From Eubacteriales bacterium (GTDB taxonomy: Bacteria > Bacillota > Clostridia > Oscillospirales > RGIG5299): a stretch of 64,000 bases of DNA. The notes beneath the pieces were generated by a model, which saw only the letters and a program-made list of their open reading frames with translations, was not told where the DNA came from and did no database searches. A program made the translations under genes and the position numbers. Below, one piece after another: positions 25,711 through 35,463 of this stretch; position 1 is the first letter of the stretch; each line of letters opens with the position of its first letter. The stretch covers positions 2,269 through 66,268 of the forward strand of contig JAZNEJ010000005.1 of NCBI GenBank assembly GCA_045588575.1, written 5' to 3'.

Positions 25711-28700
25711 ATGTTTAAAAAGGTAGAAACGGAGCTTAATTTCGTAGAACGCGAAAAGAAAACCGAAAAATTTTGGAAAGAAAACCAAATTTTTGAAAAA
25801 AGCTGCAAAATAAACGAGGGAAAGGAAAACTATAACTTTTACGACGGACCTCCCACCGCGAACGGAAAGCCGCACATCGGCCACGTTCTCACCCGCGCAA
25901 TAAAAGACCTTTTCCCCCGCTACTACACAATGCAGGGCTATAACGTTCCCAGAAAAGCAGGATGGGATACCCACGGTCTTCCCGTTGAGCTTGAAGTTGA
26001 AAAGCTTTTAAAGCTTGACGGCAAGGAGCAAATTGAGCAATACGGTTTGCTTCCCTTTATTGAAAAGTGCCGTGAAAGCGTTTGGAAATATAAAGGAATG
26101 TGGGAAGATTTTTCCGATACCGTCGGCTTCTGGGCAGATATGGAAAATCCCTATATTACCTACGATAACAAGTTTATAGAATCGGAATGGTGGGCTCTTA
26201 AAGAAATTTGGAACAAAAATCTTCTTTATAAGGGCTTTAAAATCGTGCCTTACTGTCCCCGTTGCGGCACTCCTCTTTCAAGCCACGAGGTTGCGCAGGG
26301 ATATAAAGATGTTAAGGAACGCTCGGCAATCGTTCGCTTTAAGGTAAAGGGTGAGGATTCCTATTTCCTTGCTTGGACCACAACTCCGTGGACATTACCC
26401 TCAAACGTTGCTCTTTGCGTTAACCCCGATGAAGAATACGTTAAGGTAACCTCCGGTGAATACACTTATTATATGGCAAAGGTTCTTTGCGAAAAGGTGC
26501 TCGGCGAGGGCTTTGAAATTGTTGAAACCTTTAACGGAAAATCACTTGAATTCAAAGAATACGAGCCGCTTTGGGATTTTGTTTCTCCCAAGGAAAAGGC
26601 ATATTACATAACCTGCGACAGCTACGTAACCATGACCGACGGTACGGGTATTGTTCACATTGCTCCCGCCTTCGGTGAAGACGACGCAAACGTTGGCAGA
26701 AAATATAATCTTCCTTTCGTTCAGCTCGTTGACCAAAAGGGTGAAATGACCGCGCAGACCAAATGGGCGGGAATGTTCTGCAAAAATGCCGATAAGGAAA
26801 TTTTAATTGACCTTGAAAAATCGGGCAAGCTTTTCTCCGCGCCCGTTTACGAGCACAGCTATCCTCACTGCTGGCGTTGCGGCACACCTCTTATCTACTA
26901 CGCCCGTGATAGCTGGTTTATAAAGATGACCGCCGTTAAGGACGATATGATAAAGAACAACAAAACGGTCAACTGGGTTCCCGAAAGCATAGGAAGCGGC
27001 AGATTTGGCGATTGGCTTGAAAACGTGCAGGATTGGGGCATTTCCCGAAATCGCTATTGGGGCACGCCTCTTAATATATGGGAGTGCGAGTGCGGCCACA
27101 GACATTCAATAGGCTCAATTGAGGAGCTTCGCTCAATGTCGGATAATTGTCCTGAAACCGTTGAGCTTCACCGTCCTTATATCGACGAAATCACCATTAA
27201 GTGCGAAAAGTGCGGCGGCAAAATGCACCGTGTTCCCGAGGTTATCGACTGCTGGTTTGACAGCGGCGCAATGCCCTTTGCACAGCACCATTATCCCTTT
27301 GAAAATAAGGAGCTTTTCGAGCGTCAGTTCCCCGCAAACTTCATTTCCGAGGCGGTTGACCAAACAAGAGGCTGGTTCTATTCACTCCTTGCAATATCCA
27401 CCCTTCTCTTTAATAAAGCTCCCTATAAAAACGTTGTTGTTTTGGGCCTCGTTTGCGACGAAAACGGTCAGAAAATGTCGAAATCCAAGGGCAATGCGGT
27501 CGACCCGTTTGAAGCTCTTGCAAAATACGGCGCCGATACTATAAGATGGTATTTTTACGTAAACTCTGCTCCGTGGCTTCCTTCAAGATTTATCGACAGA
27601 GCGGTTTTGGAGGGCCAGCGCAAATTCCTCGGCACTCTTTGGAACACCTATGCATTCTTCGTTTTGTATGCGGGCATAGATAATTTCAACCCCACTGAAT
27701 ATAACCTCGATTCTCTTGAGCTTACGGTAATGGACAGATGGATTCTTTCCCGTCTTAACACCGCAGTTAAGGAATGCGCCGAAAATATGAATAACTACCG
27801 CATTCCCGAATCGGCGGCAGTGCTCGAAAAATTCACCGATGAGCTTTCGAACTGGTACGTTCGCAGAAGCCGCGAAAGATTCTGGGGCACCGAGCTTACC
27901 GAAGATAAAATTGCGGCGTATATGACACTCTGGACCGCACTGGTAACCCTTTCAAAAGCAGCGGCTCCCATGATTCCCTTCATGACCGAAAGCATTTATC
28001 AGAATCTCGTCCGTTCAAACGATGCAAATGCTCCCGAAAGCATACATCTCACAAAATACCCCGTAGCCGATGAAAAATATATCGATAAAGAGCTCGAAGC
28101 AAGCATGGAAATTGTTTCGAAGGCTGTTGTTCTCGGCAGAGCCGCAAGAAATGCGGTAAGCATTAAAAACCGTCAGCCTCTCTCGGTAATTTATTTGCAG
28201 TCTGCAAAGGCTATTGACGAAAAATATCTTTCAATTATTTCCGATGAGCTTAACATTCATAAGGCAGAGCTTACGAGCGACGCTTCTTCCTTCGTATCAT
28301 ATAGCTTTAAGCCTCAGCTCAAAACCGTCGGTCCCAAATACGGAAGACAGTTAAACGAAATTCGCGCAGCTCTTATGGAGCTTGACGGCAAAGAGGGCAA
28401 AAAAGAGCTTGATGAAAAGGGCGCAATTACCCTTAAACTTGCAAGCGGCGACGTTTCACTCGGCGCAGAGGACCTTCTTATTGAAACCAAGCAGATGGAG
28501 GGCTACGTTTCCGAAACCGACGGCACCGTTACCGTTGCGCTTGATACCGAGCTTACCGAAGCACTTATCGACGAGGGCTTTGTAAACGAGGTTGTTTCAA
28601 AGCTTCAAACCATGCGTAAAGAAACCGGCTTTAACGTAACCGACCATATTATTGCATCGGTAACCGGAAGCGAAAGAGTTGTAAAGGCGTTTAAGGCAAA

Positions 28701-28827
28701 GGAAGAGGAAGCCAAAAAGGTTGTTTTGGCAAACGAAATAGTCTACGCCGAAATAGAAAACGCCGAAGCTTCAAAGGAATGGGATATAAACGGTGAAACC
28801 GCAACCCTTTCGGTAAAAAGAGTATAA
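25711..28827 (+). CDS. ileS: Isoleucine--tRNA ligase (long, type-2-like form)
   Basis: 1038 aa with the HIGH motif PHIGHV, KMSKS, and CxxC zinc pairs. Confidence 0.97.
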   Translation: MFKKVETELNFVEREKKTEKFWKENQIFEKSCKINEGKENYNFYDGPPTANGKPHIGHVLTRAIKDLFPRYYTMQGYNVPRKAGWDTHGLPVELEVEKLLKLDGKEQIEQYGLLPFIEKCRESVWKYKGMWEDFSDTVGFWADMENPYITYDNKFIESEWWALKEIWNKNLLYKGFKIVPYCPRCGTPLSSHEVAQGYKDVKERSAIVRFKVKGEDSYFLAWTTTPWTLPSNVALCVNPDEEYVKVTSGEYTYYMAKVLCEKVLGEGFEIVETFNGKSLEFKEYEPLWDFVSPKEKAYYITCDSYVTMTDGTGIVHIAPAFGEDDANVGRKYNLPFVQLVDQKGEMTAQTKWAGMFCKNADKEILIDLEKSGKLFSAPVYEHSYPHCWRCGTPLIYYARDSWFIKMTAVKDDMIKNNKTVNWVPESIGSGRFGDWLENVQDWGISRNRYWGTPLNIWECECGHRHSIGSIEELRSMSDNCPETVELHRPYIDEITIKCEKCGGKMHRVPEVIDCWFDSGAMPFAQHHYPFENKELFERQFPANFISEAVDQTRGWFYSLLAISTLLFNKAPYKNVVVLGLVCDENGQKMSKSKGNAVDPFEALAKYGADTIRWYFYVNSAPWLPSRFIDRAVLEGQRKFLGTLWNTYAFFVLYAGIDNFNPTEYNLDSLELTVMDRWILSRLNTAVKECAENMNNYRIPESAAVLEKFTDELSNWYVRRSRERFWGTELTEDKIAAYMTLWTALVTLSKAAAPMIPFMTESIYQNLVRSNDANAPESIHLTKYPVADEKYIDKELEASMEIVSKAVVLGRAARNAVSIKNRQPLSVIYLQSAKAIDEKYLSIISDELNIHKAELTSDASSFVSYSFKPQLKTVGPKYGRQLNEIRAALMELDGKEGKKELDEKGAITLKLASGDVSLGAEDLLIETKQMEGYVSETDGTVTVALDTELTEALIDEGFVNEVVSKLQTMRKETGFNVTDHIIASVTGSERVVKAFKAKEEEAKKVVLANEIVYAEIENAEASKEWDINGETATLSVKRV

Positions 28828-28843
28828 AATTTAAAATAAAAAT

Positions 28844-28867
28844 GCGGCTTTTTAAGCCGTATTTTTT
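28844..28867 (+). terminator. Intrinsic terminator after ileS
   Basis: Stem GCGGCTT/AAGCCGT with a short loop, followed by ATTTTTT. Confidence 0.5.
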
Positions 28868-28951
28868 AATCGTTATATTTCACGGTTATTGCAAATTCTG
28901 CATTTTTTTGTTATAATACTTAAAACTATAATTACAAAAGGACGTGATGAT

Positions 28952-29908
28952 GTGAAATACGTCAATATTAACGGAATGCAGCTTTCAAAGATAGTTCTCG
29001 GCACTTGCTATTTCGGCACGAGAATTCCCGAAAAAGACTGTATGGAAATGATGGATTATTTCGCCGAAAAGGGCGGTAACGTTATAGACACCGCATTTTC
29101 TTACGCCGACTGGCTTCCGAACGGTGAGCAGGCAAGTGAAAAGGTAATAGGAAAATGGCTTAAAGAGTCGGGTGCAAAGGATATTCACATCATAACGAAG
29201 GCGGGGCTTACCAAACGCTTGGATTCGGGTTGCTCTGCAAATATTTCCTATGAGAGTCTTCGCACGGAAATTGAAAAAAGCCTTTACGCTCTCGGAGTTT
29301 CAACTCTCGACGGCTGGTTGCTTCACAGAGACGACGAAAAGATACCCGTTGACGAGATAGTAGATATATGTAACACCTTTACAAACGAAGGTAAAACGAA
29401 GTTTATAGGCGTTTCAAATTGGCGTCCCGAAAGAATTGCCGCCGCAAACGAATGGGCGGTTAAAAACGGACGTATTCCTTTTTCTGTAAGCCAAATACTT
29501 TGGAGCGCGGCGCAGATTACCAAAGAGGATTGGGGCGACCCCGAGCTTGCCGCAATGAATGCCCAAGCAAGAGAGTTTTATAAAAAGGAGAAAATGCCCG
29601 TAATGGCTTATTCCTCGCTTGCAAAAGGCTTTTTCTCAAAGGGATTTGAAAATTTAAATAATCTTAACGGTCCCGCAAAGGAACGTTTCTTAACACCGAG
29701 AAATATTGAAAGACTTGAAACTATGCGCAGAATATGCCGTGAAAACGGCGTTTCACCCTCTGCGGCGGCCATCTCTTACGTTACAAGCAATTCTCTTTTG
29801 GGCTTAGCTCTTGCGGGCCCCACCAAGCCTTATCAGATGGTCGATGCACTTTCCGCTCCCGATTTCGTTATGTCGGCAGAGGATATTGCGGAATTTGAGA
29901 GAGAATAA
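28952..29908 (+). CDS. Aldo/keto reductase
   Basis: The AKR pattern (GTCYFG...DTAFSYAD...HRDD...GVSNW) runs through the ORF. I chose GTG 28952, which is 9 nt after an AAAGGA RBS, over the upstream ATG that has no RBS. Confidence 0.83.
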   Translation: MKYVNINGMQLSKIVLGTCYFGTRIPEKDCMEMMDYFAEKGGNVIDTAFSYADWLPNGEQASEKVIGKWLKESGAKDIHIITKAGLTKRLDSGCSANISYESLRTEIEKSLYALGVSTLDGWLLHRDDEKIPVDEIVDICNTFTNEGKTKFIGVSNWRPERIAAANEWAVKNGRIPFSVSQILWSAAQITKEDWGDPELAAMNAQAREFYKKEKMPVMAYSSLAKGFFSKGFENLNNLNGPAKERFLTPRNIERLETMRRICRENGVSPSAAAISYVTSNSLLGLALAGPTKPYQMVDALSAPDFVMSAEDIAEFERE

Positions 29909-29930
29909 TAAAAGAGGTAAAATCGAACGC

Positions 29931-29967
29931 AAAAAAACCTGCGGCTTTAAAAGCTGCAGGCTTTTTT
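29931..29967. terminator. Bidirectional terminator between the AKR gene and folA
   Basis: Stem CCTGCGGCT/AGCTGCAGG (one G-U pair), flanked by an A7 run and a T6 run. Confidence 0.6.
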
Positions 29968-29968
29968 A

Positions 29969-30481
29969 TTATTTTTTTCTTTTGTATTCGGTAAATACGA
30001 AGGAAAGACCTTCTTCGGTATCGGTTTCGGGATTGCTTTGCTGCATCTCGCCAACGTTTACGCATTCCCAAAACTCAGAATCGTCTAAATTGGGGAAATA
30101 GGTGTCTTTTTCAAAAGATTTATCAAACTTTGTAACGTAAGCGGTATCGCAATAGGGAAGAAGCTGACGGTAAACGCTTGCGCCGCCGATTACGAAAACG
30201 TCGTCGGTGTTGTGCTTTTCAAGCTCAGTGAAAAGCTCGTCAAGACTGTGAACCACCGTTGCGCCCTCGGGCTGATAAGACATATCGGGGTGCAAAACTA
30301 TGTTTATTCTGTTTTTTAAAACTCTGCCGCCGGGGAAGGTGGCAAGCGTATTCGAGCCTAAAATAACGGTTTTACCGTTTGTGAGCATTTGGAAGTTTTT
30401 AAGGTCGGCTCTCACTCTTGCAAGTAAGTCGCCCTTGTAACCAATGCCCCACTCTTTATCAACTGCAACAACAAGCTTCAT
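29969..30481 (-). CDS. folA: Dihydrofolate reductase
   Basis: 170 aa. The motifs are VAVDKEWGIGYKGDLL and VFVIGGASVY. Confidence 0.92.
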   Translation of the reverse strand: MKLVVAVDKEWGIGYKGDLLARVRADLKNFQMLTNGKTVILGSNTLATFPGGRVLKNRINIVLHPDMSYQPEGATVVHSLDELFTELEKHNTDDVFVIGGASVYRQLLPYCDTAYVTKFDKSFEKDTYFPNLDDSEFWECVNVGEMQQSNPETDTEEGLSFVFTEYKRKK

Positions 30482-30490
30482 TTTAATACC

Positions 30491-31321
30491 TCACACAGCA
30501 ACGGGAAATTTATTTATTTTTTCACCGTGAAGATAATTTTCAACGGTAAAGCTTTCGGGAGTAAATTTATAAAAATCGGTAACGGTCGGGTCGAGTGTTA
30601 CCTTGGGAGCGTCATAGGGAGTGCGCGAGATGAGCTCCTTAACGATGGGAATATGTCTGTCGTAAATGTGAGCGTCGGCAATAACGTGAACGAACTCACC
30701 GGGCTCAAGGCCCGAAACCTGAGCAAACATAAGAACCAAAGCGGCGTATTGCGCAACGTTCCAAGCGTTTGCGGCAAGCATATCCTGCGAGCGCTGATTT
30801 AAAATGGCGCAAAGCTTACCGTTTGTAACGTTAAAGGTCATGCTGTAAGCGCAGGGGTAAAGAGCCATCTCCGAAAGGTCGGAAAAATTATATAAATTGG
30901 TCATTATTCTGCGACTTGCGGGATTGTTTTTAAGGTCGAAAAGCACTCTGTCAACCATATCGAATTCGCCTTCGCGGTATTTGTGCTTAACGCCCATCTG
31001 GTAGCCGTATGCCTTGCCGATTGAACCGTTTTCGTCGGCCCAACTGTCCCAAATATGACTTCCCAAATCTTTAACGTTGTTGGATTTTTTCTGCCAAATC
31101 CAAAGAATTTCGTCAACCGCAAGCTTGAGGCTTATGGGACGTATTGTTAAAAGCGGAAAATCTTTTGAAAGGTCGTAACGGTTTACAACGCCGAATTTTT
31201 TAATGGTGTAGGCGGGAGTGCCGTCATCCCAATGAGGTCTTACCTTGGCTTCCTTATCGTAATAACCGTTTTCAAGAATGTCTTTACAGGTGGAAATGAA
31301 TGCGATATCCGCAGAGCTCAT
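30491..31321 (-). CDS. thyA: Thymidylate synthase (ThyA)
   Basis: RRIMTNLYN...ALYPCAYSMTF (catalytic Cys) with ending KFPVAV. It closely resembles the B. subtilis ThyA layout. The start is probably ATG 31321 (MSSAD). Confidence 0.93.
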   Translation of the reverse strand: MSSADIAFISTCKDILENGYYDKEAKVRPHWDDGTPAYTIKKFGVVNRYDLSKDFPLLTIRPISLKLAVDEILWIWQKKSNNVKDLGSHIWDSWADENGSIGKAYGYQMGVKHKYREGEFDMVDRVLFDLKNNPASRRIMTNLYNFSDLSEMALYPCAYSMTFNVTNGKLCAILNQRSQDMLAANAWNVAQYAALVLMFAQVSGLEPGEFVHVIADAHIYDRHIPIVKELISRTPYDAPKVTLDPTVTDFYKFTPESFTVENYLHGEKINKFPVAV

Positions 31322-31476
31322 AATCATCAACCTTTCAATCAGTATAAAAATATTATACTATAACAGAACGGAAAAAGCAATAAATATTTAAAAGGCATTT
31401 TATTAAAACAAAACGAGCCGACAACCCGTTAAGGTTATTGGCTCAAATATTTTATGATATTAATGGATTTTTAAAA

Positions 31477-31698
31477 TTATTTTTTATTATCGGGTTTAAG
31501 CGCAAAAAACATTGCAACAAGACCTGAAATCATTAAAATTGCAGCAATCAAAAACCATATCCATAAGTTGCCGTCTGCAAAACTTTCTAAAAGATAAATA
31601 AAAGAGCGACTGCCAACGTTGGAAACCACAGCACCCAAAAGAGATGTGCCGGAAAATAAAAGGCCGCTTCCGCATATTGCCAATACAATTTTATTCAT
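31477..31698 (-). CDS. Small two-TM membrane protein
   Basis: 73 aa with two hydrophobic helices. A terminator-like hairpin follows at about 31411-31445. Confidence 0.5.
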   Translation of the reverse strand: MNKIVLAICGSGLLFSGTSLLGAVVSNVGSRSFIYLLESFADGNLWIWFLIAAILMISGLVAMFFALKPDNKK

Positions 31699-31869
31699 AA
31701 TTTAACTCCTTTAATTCTTTTGATTTGTTTGTCCAATAATTAAGTTGTGTCGCATTTTTATTATACTATAATGAAATAAAAAAATTAATAATAAAATAAA
31801 GAGTAAACAAAAAACCGATTGTCCGTTAGAGCAATCGGCTTTTTGCTATAAGGAGACGAATGATAAAGC

Positions 31870-33582
31870 TTATGCGTTTTTGCCGGTAACAAGATCGTAC
31901 CATGCATTTACTTCGTCGGTAATTGCCTGACCGCCGTTATCGAGCCACTGCTGCACAGCAACGTCGAAATATTCGAGTTCCTGAGCGCCTGTAACAATAT
32001 CATTAACTGCGGCATTAAGCTCGGCGGTTAAGTCATCTAATTTAAGAATCATCGTTTCGGTCGGTGCACCCTGGAACAAATCAATAACTCTTTCAGGCTC
32101 TCCGACTTCATCATAAACGTATGCAGCACCCTCAAGACCGTACATTCTTTCCCAATACCAGTAATTGATGTAATCTCTGCCTTCCTTATTGAGATATTTT
32201 GTAACGTAGGTGTAGGACTGAAGCTGACCTTTAGTGGTTAAGCCAGAGGTGTCCCCTGTTTCAAGAGCTTCTCTAACAGCACGGTTGCTTCCAACGCTGT
32301 CAGTATTGAAGCATGGAGTGGTAACCGGAGAGAAGTTATAGTAGTGTGATGCACCGTCGGGAGAATACATAAAGGTTTCCAGGAGGTTTTGATCTGTCTC
32401 TGCCCTATCCTCAACATCTACATACATGTTCATAAGAATAACCAAAGCAGCAGGAGAAACGCAGTTTTTGGAAACAACGTATGCTCTGTAATGAGTGCCT
32501 GTGCCGGTTATTTTCCATTCATCGCCCGTTGCGGAGAAACCGGTAGTTGGAACGAGCTCAAACTCGGGATTCATAAGCTTCATGCCGGTATAACGCTGAA
32601 GGTAGTTGGAAGTTGCTTCAATAACACCGCACAGACCGTTGGTCATACACATATAGTAACCTGCGTTAATAGCGGATACATAAGCCTCGGGGCTAACGAT
32701 GTAGCCGCCGGTATAGAGTTCACGGAGCGCTCCGATTGCATCTTTCATTTCGGGCTGAATGCTTCCGTATTCAAGCTTGCCGGTTTCTTCGTTTTCAAGC
32801 CAAATGCCCGGATATGCGCCCCAACCGTTAAAGAAAAGGTTAGAGCTCTGGCCTGCATTTTCAATGTTTATTGCAAGACCGAAGGTGTTTTTAATACCGT
32901 CTTTATCGGGGTCACCGTTGGTGAACGCTTTAATAACGTCGATAAGCTCGTCATAAGAGGTTGGAACTTCTTTACCGACTGCATTTAACCAGTCTTGTCT
33001 TATCCAGTAAACCGTGTTAGAGCCGTTACCGTTACTTAACTGCGGAATAGCGTAAATCTCGCCGCCGTAGGTAAAGGAATATAACGCCTCATCACCGCCA
33101 AGATAATCAAGACAGTTTAAATATTTTTCGTGGCCGTAGGTTCTTAATTCCTCAGTTATGGGAGCAATAAGGTCCTGCTCGTAAAGCTTTTTAACGTAGG
33201 TGGTTGCCCACTTGTTTTCACCCTCGTCGGGACCTACATTTAATATGTCCGGAATCTGGCCTGCAAGAATCTGACCGTTAAGTCGGTCTCTATAGGTGCT
33301 CCATTCAGCAACGTCCCAGATAAGCTCCATTTCAATGCCGTATTCATCTCTTGCCAATCTGGTCCAGTCGTTATCGGCTGTGGTCCAGTTGTTCGGATGC
33401 TTATCGATATCGCCTTGGTTGATACCGATAAAGGGGCATGCCCAAGTAACGTGTATGGGCGGGTCAAATCTTCCGTCGACGATGGTAGCTTCTACTTTTT
33501 CGGGCTCACCGCATGATGCGAGCATGCCGACGGTTCCGAGCAACATGAGAGCAGCCAACGCGTAAACTAAAAATTTCTTCAC
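31870..33582 (-). CDS. Large ABC-type extracellular solute-binding lipoprotein (family 1-like), orphan
   Basis: Signal peptide with the lipobox MLASC. The 570-aa body is rich in W, Y, G and D, typical of sugar or oligosaccharide SBPs. No adjacent permease genes are present. Confidence 0.8.
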   Translation of the reverse strand: MKKFLVYALAALMLLGTVGMLASCGEPEKVEATIVDGRFDPPIHVTWACPFIGINQGDIDKHPNNWTTADNDWTRLARDEYGIEMELIWDVAEWSTYRDRLNGQILAGQIPDILNVGPDEGENKWATTYVKKLYEQDLIAPITEELRTYGHEKYLNCLDYLGGDEALYSFTYGGEIYAIPQLSNGNGSNTVYWIRQDWLNAVGKEVPTSYDELIDVIKAFTNGDPDKDGIKNTFGLAINIENAGQSSNLFFNGWGAYPGIWLENEETGKLEYGSIQPEMKDAIGALRELYTGGYIVSPEAYVSAINAGYYMCMTNGLCGVIEATSNYLQRYTGMKLMNPEFELVPTTGFSATGDEWKITGTGTHYRAYVVSKNCVSPAALVILMNMYVDVEDRAETDQNLLETFMYSPDGASHYYNFSPVTTPCFNTDSVGSNRAVREALETGDTSGLTTKGQLQSYTYVTKYLNKEGRDYINYWYWERMYGLEGAAYVYDEVGEPERVIDLFQGAPTETMILKLDDLTAELNAAVNDIVTGAQELEYFDVAVQQWLDNGGQAITDEVNAWYDLVTGKNA

Positions 33583-33750
33583 TTGTTTTCTCTCCTTTTT
33601 TTATAATGCAAACAATTAAAACTTATTGTTTAATAACATTATAATATAGCAAAAAGAAAAAAACAATGAGATTTTTCCATTGTAATATATAAAAAAGTTA
33701 GTTTTTGTGAAAGAATATAGGCGTTTTTGAGAAAAGAAAAGCAAAAAAAT

Positions 33751-33786
33751 AAAACCGACAGGCCTCAACACAGGCCTGTCGGTTTT
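33751..33786 (-). terminator. Intrinsic terminator after tRNA-Leu
   Basis: Perfect 10-bp stem CCGACAGGCC/GGCCTGTCGG, flanked by an A-run and a T-run. Confidence 0.7.
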
Positions 33787-33873
33787 TGGTGCCGGAAGCG
33801 GGGGTCGAACCCGCACGGTATCGCTACCACTGGATTTTGAGTCCAGCACGTCTGCCAATTCCATCATTCCGGC
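33787..33873 (-). tRNA. tRNA-Leu (CAA)
   Basis: Reverse complement GCCGGAATGATGGAATTGGCAGACGTGCTGGACTCAAAATCCAGTGGTAGCGATACCGTGCGGGTTCGACCCCCGCTTCCGGCACCA. The acceptor stem GCCGGAA/TTCCGGC pairs perfectly. The anticodon loop is CTCAAAA, there is a long variable arm, and CCA is encoded. Confidence 0.9.
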
Positions 33874-34037
33874 GCATATTCAATTTTACCGCTAGTTATT
33901 ATATCACCTTTTAAAGCATTTTGCAATATAAAAAATGAAAAAAATAAAAAACTGTTAAAAGTTAAAGACGGGTAAATAATATGCTTGTAAAAAACTATAA
34001 ATTATGGTAAAATAATTTTAAGAAAGGGTGATGCTTT

Positions 34038-34934
34038 TTGGCAAAGAAAAAATCCTCGTTAACAAAAATAATAAGCGTGCTTTTGGTTTTGGCGTTAATA
34101 GGCGGCGCGCTTTTTTATGAATTCGTTATAAATTCAAACGGAAGCGGCGATATATCGGAAGCCGTTTTTTCCGTCCACGTTATAGACGTCGGACAGGGCG
34201 ACAGTATTTTGGTTCGCTCGGGCGATAAAACAATGCTTATAGACGCGGGCCCGAAATCCGCCAAAAACGAGGTTGAGCGTTATTTAAAGCAAAACGAGAT
34301 TACAAAGCTCGATTACGTAATTGCAACGCATCCGCACGAGGACCATATCGGCGGAATGGAGCATATTTTGGAAAGATTTGAATATGAAACGGTGATTATG
34401 CCAAACGTAACCCACACCTCGCAAACCTACCTTTCGCTTCTTGAAAAAATAGATGCCGATAACAAGGGAATAACCGAGGCAAAAAGCGGCGACGTTTACA
34501 CCTTGGGCGAAGCAACCTTTAAAATTTTAGCTCCAAACAGCGATAAATACGTTGAGAAAAACGACTATTCGGTGGTTATAAAGCTCACTTTTAAAGGAAA
34601 AAGCTTTATTTTGTCGGGCGATGCCGAAAAGATTTCGGAAAACGAGATGGTGCAAAAATACGGCAAAGAGCTTAACTGCGACGTTTACAAGGTTGGCCAT
34701 CACGGCTCCGATTCTTCAACCGACGAAATTTTCCTTGCAATGATGTCGCCGAAATATGCAGTTGTTTCCTGCGGAAGAGAGAATATGTATAAGCACCCCT
34801 CCGAAAAGGTTGTAAAGCGCATAAGAAGCTCGGGCGCAACTCTTTATCAGACCTTTGAGGACGGCACCGTTATCTTCTTTATAACCGAAAACGGTGCTTT
34901 AAACGTAACGACCAAAGGAAGCGAAAGCGTATGA
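34038..34934 (+). CDS. Membrane-anchored MBL-fold hydrolase (ComEC C-terminal-domain-like)
   Basis: TTG start after an AGGGTGA RBS and an N-terminal TM helix. The motifs are HVIDVGQGD, HPHEDHIGG and GHHGS. Confidence 0.85.
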   Translation: MAKKKSSLTKIISVLLVLALIGGALFYEFVINSNGSGDISEAVFSVHVIDVGQGDSILVRSGDKTMLIDAGPKSAKNEVERYLKQNEITKLDYVIATHPHEDHIGGMEHILERFEYETVIMPNVTHTSQTYLSLLEKIDADNKGITEAKSGDVYTLGEATFKILAPNSDKYVEKNDYSVVIKLTFKGKSFILSGDAEKISENEMVQKYGKELNCDVYKVGHHGSDSSTDEIFLAMMSPKYAVVSCGRENMYKHPSEKVVKRIRSSGATLYQTFEDGTVIFFITENGALNVTTKGSESV

Positions 34935-35146
34935 TTTATATAGTTGACCGCATTGAAAACGGCGTTGCGGTTTTAGTTGACGATAACGGCGAAACGCTTG
35001 AAATAAGTGCGAAATTGCTCCCCGAAGGCGCAAAGGAAAGCGATGCCTTAACAAAAGAAAAAGAAGGCTTTGTTCTTTGTGAAAACGAGCGAAAAATAAG
35101 AGAGGAAAAGGCAAAAAAGCTTTTGGAAAAGCTTTTTAAAAAATGA
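34931..35146 (+). CDS. DUF3006-like small protein
   Basis: MIYIVDRIENGVAVLVDDNGETLEI...LPEGAKESD pattern. An ATGA overlap joins it to the MBL gene. Confidence 0.7.
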   Translation: MIYIVDRIENGVAVLVDDNGETLEISAKLLPEGAKESDALTKEKEGFVLCENERKIREEKAKKLLEKLFKK

Positions 35147-35149
35147 GAT

Positions 35150-35416
35150 ATGAGAGATTTTAAAGCAGGCGATAAGGCCGTTCATTTTAAAAGAGGCTTT
35201 TTAACCGAGGAAGAGCTTAAAAAAGAGCCGAATAAATATATTTATGAAATTATAGGGAAGGCAACCGACAGTGAAACGGGAGAACCTTTAATGGTTTACC
35301 GCGCCGAATACGGAGAAAAGACTATTTTCGTAAGACCTTATAATGATTTTTTCTCGGAAACCGACATTGAAAAATATCCAAATGCGAAGCAAAAATACCG
35401 CTTTGAAAAGCTGTGA
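35150..35416 (+). CDS. DUF1653-like small protein
   Basis: The YIYEIIGKATDSETGEPLMVYRAEYGEKTIFVRPYNDF pattern is typical of DUF1653 as I recall it. Confidence 0.6.
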   Translation: MRDFKAGDKAVHFKRGFLTEEELKKEPNKYIYEIIGKATDSETGEPLMVYRAEYGEKTIFVRPYNDFFSETDIEKYPNAKQKYRFEKL

Positions 35417-35421
35417 AAATT

Positions 35422-35457
35422 AAAAAATCCGCAAGCGTTGGCTTGCGGATTTTCATT
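35422..35457. terminator. Bidirectional terminator between the DUF1653 gene and galU
   Basis: Perfect stem ATCCGCAAGC/GCTTGCGGAT with a GTTG loop, flanked by A and T runs. Confidence 0.65.
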
Positions 35458-35463
35458 TGTAAA

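Noticed and set aside
25451-25974. 60-aa and 134-aa minus-strand ORFs upstream of and overlapping ileS
   Set aside because: They lie antisense to the T-box leader and the ileS 5' end. No RBS is present. The structured RNA explains the region.
28889-28951. N-terminal extension of the aldo/keto reductase ORF (MQILHFFVIILKTIITKGRDD)
   Set aside because: It has no RBS. The extension is hydrophobic junk overlapping the probable promoter, and GTG 28952 has a proper AAAGGA RBS.
32389-32988. 199-aa ORF antisense to the solute-binding protein gene (and a similar 199-aa ORF at 55875-56474 antisense to the carboxypeptidase gene)
   Set aside because: The sense-strand products have clear family features. 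Long antisense ORFs here look like by-products of codon bias.
33616-33867. 83-aa minus-strand ORF
   Set aside because: Its 5' part is the tRNA-Leu gene and terminator read as protein, so it is spurious.
31331-33880. Idea that the SBP region next to tRNA-Leu is a horizontally acquired island with a shifted composition
   Set aside because: A hand count of one ~110-nt sample of the SBP gene gave about 48% GC, and by eye it did not look clearly different from a uvrA sample. No integrase, direct repeats of the tRNA 3' end or mobility genes are visible.
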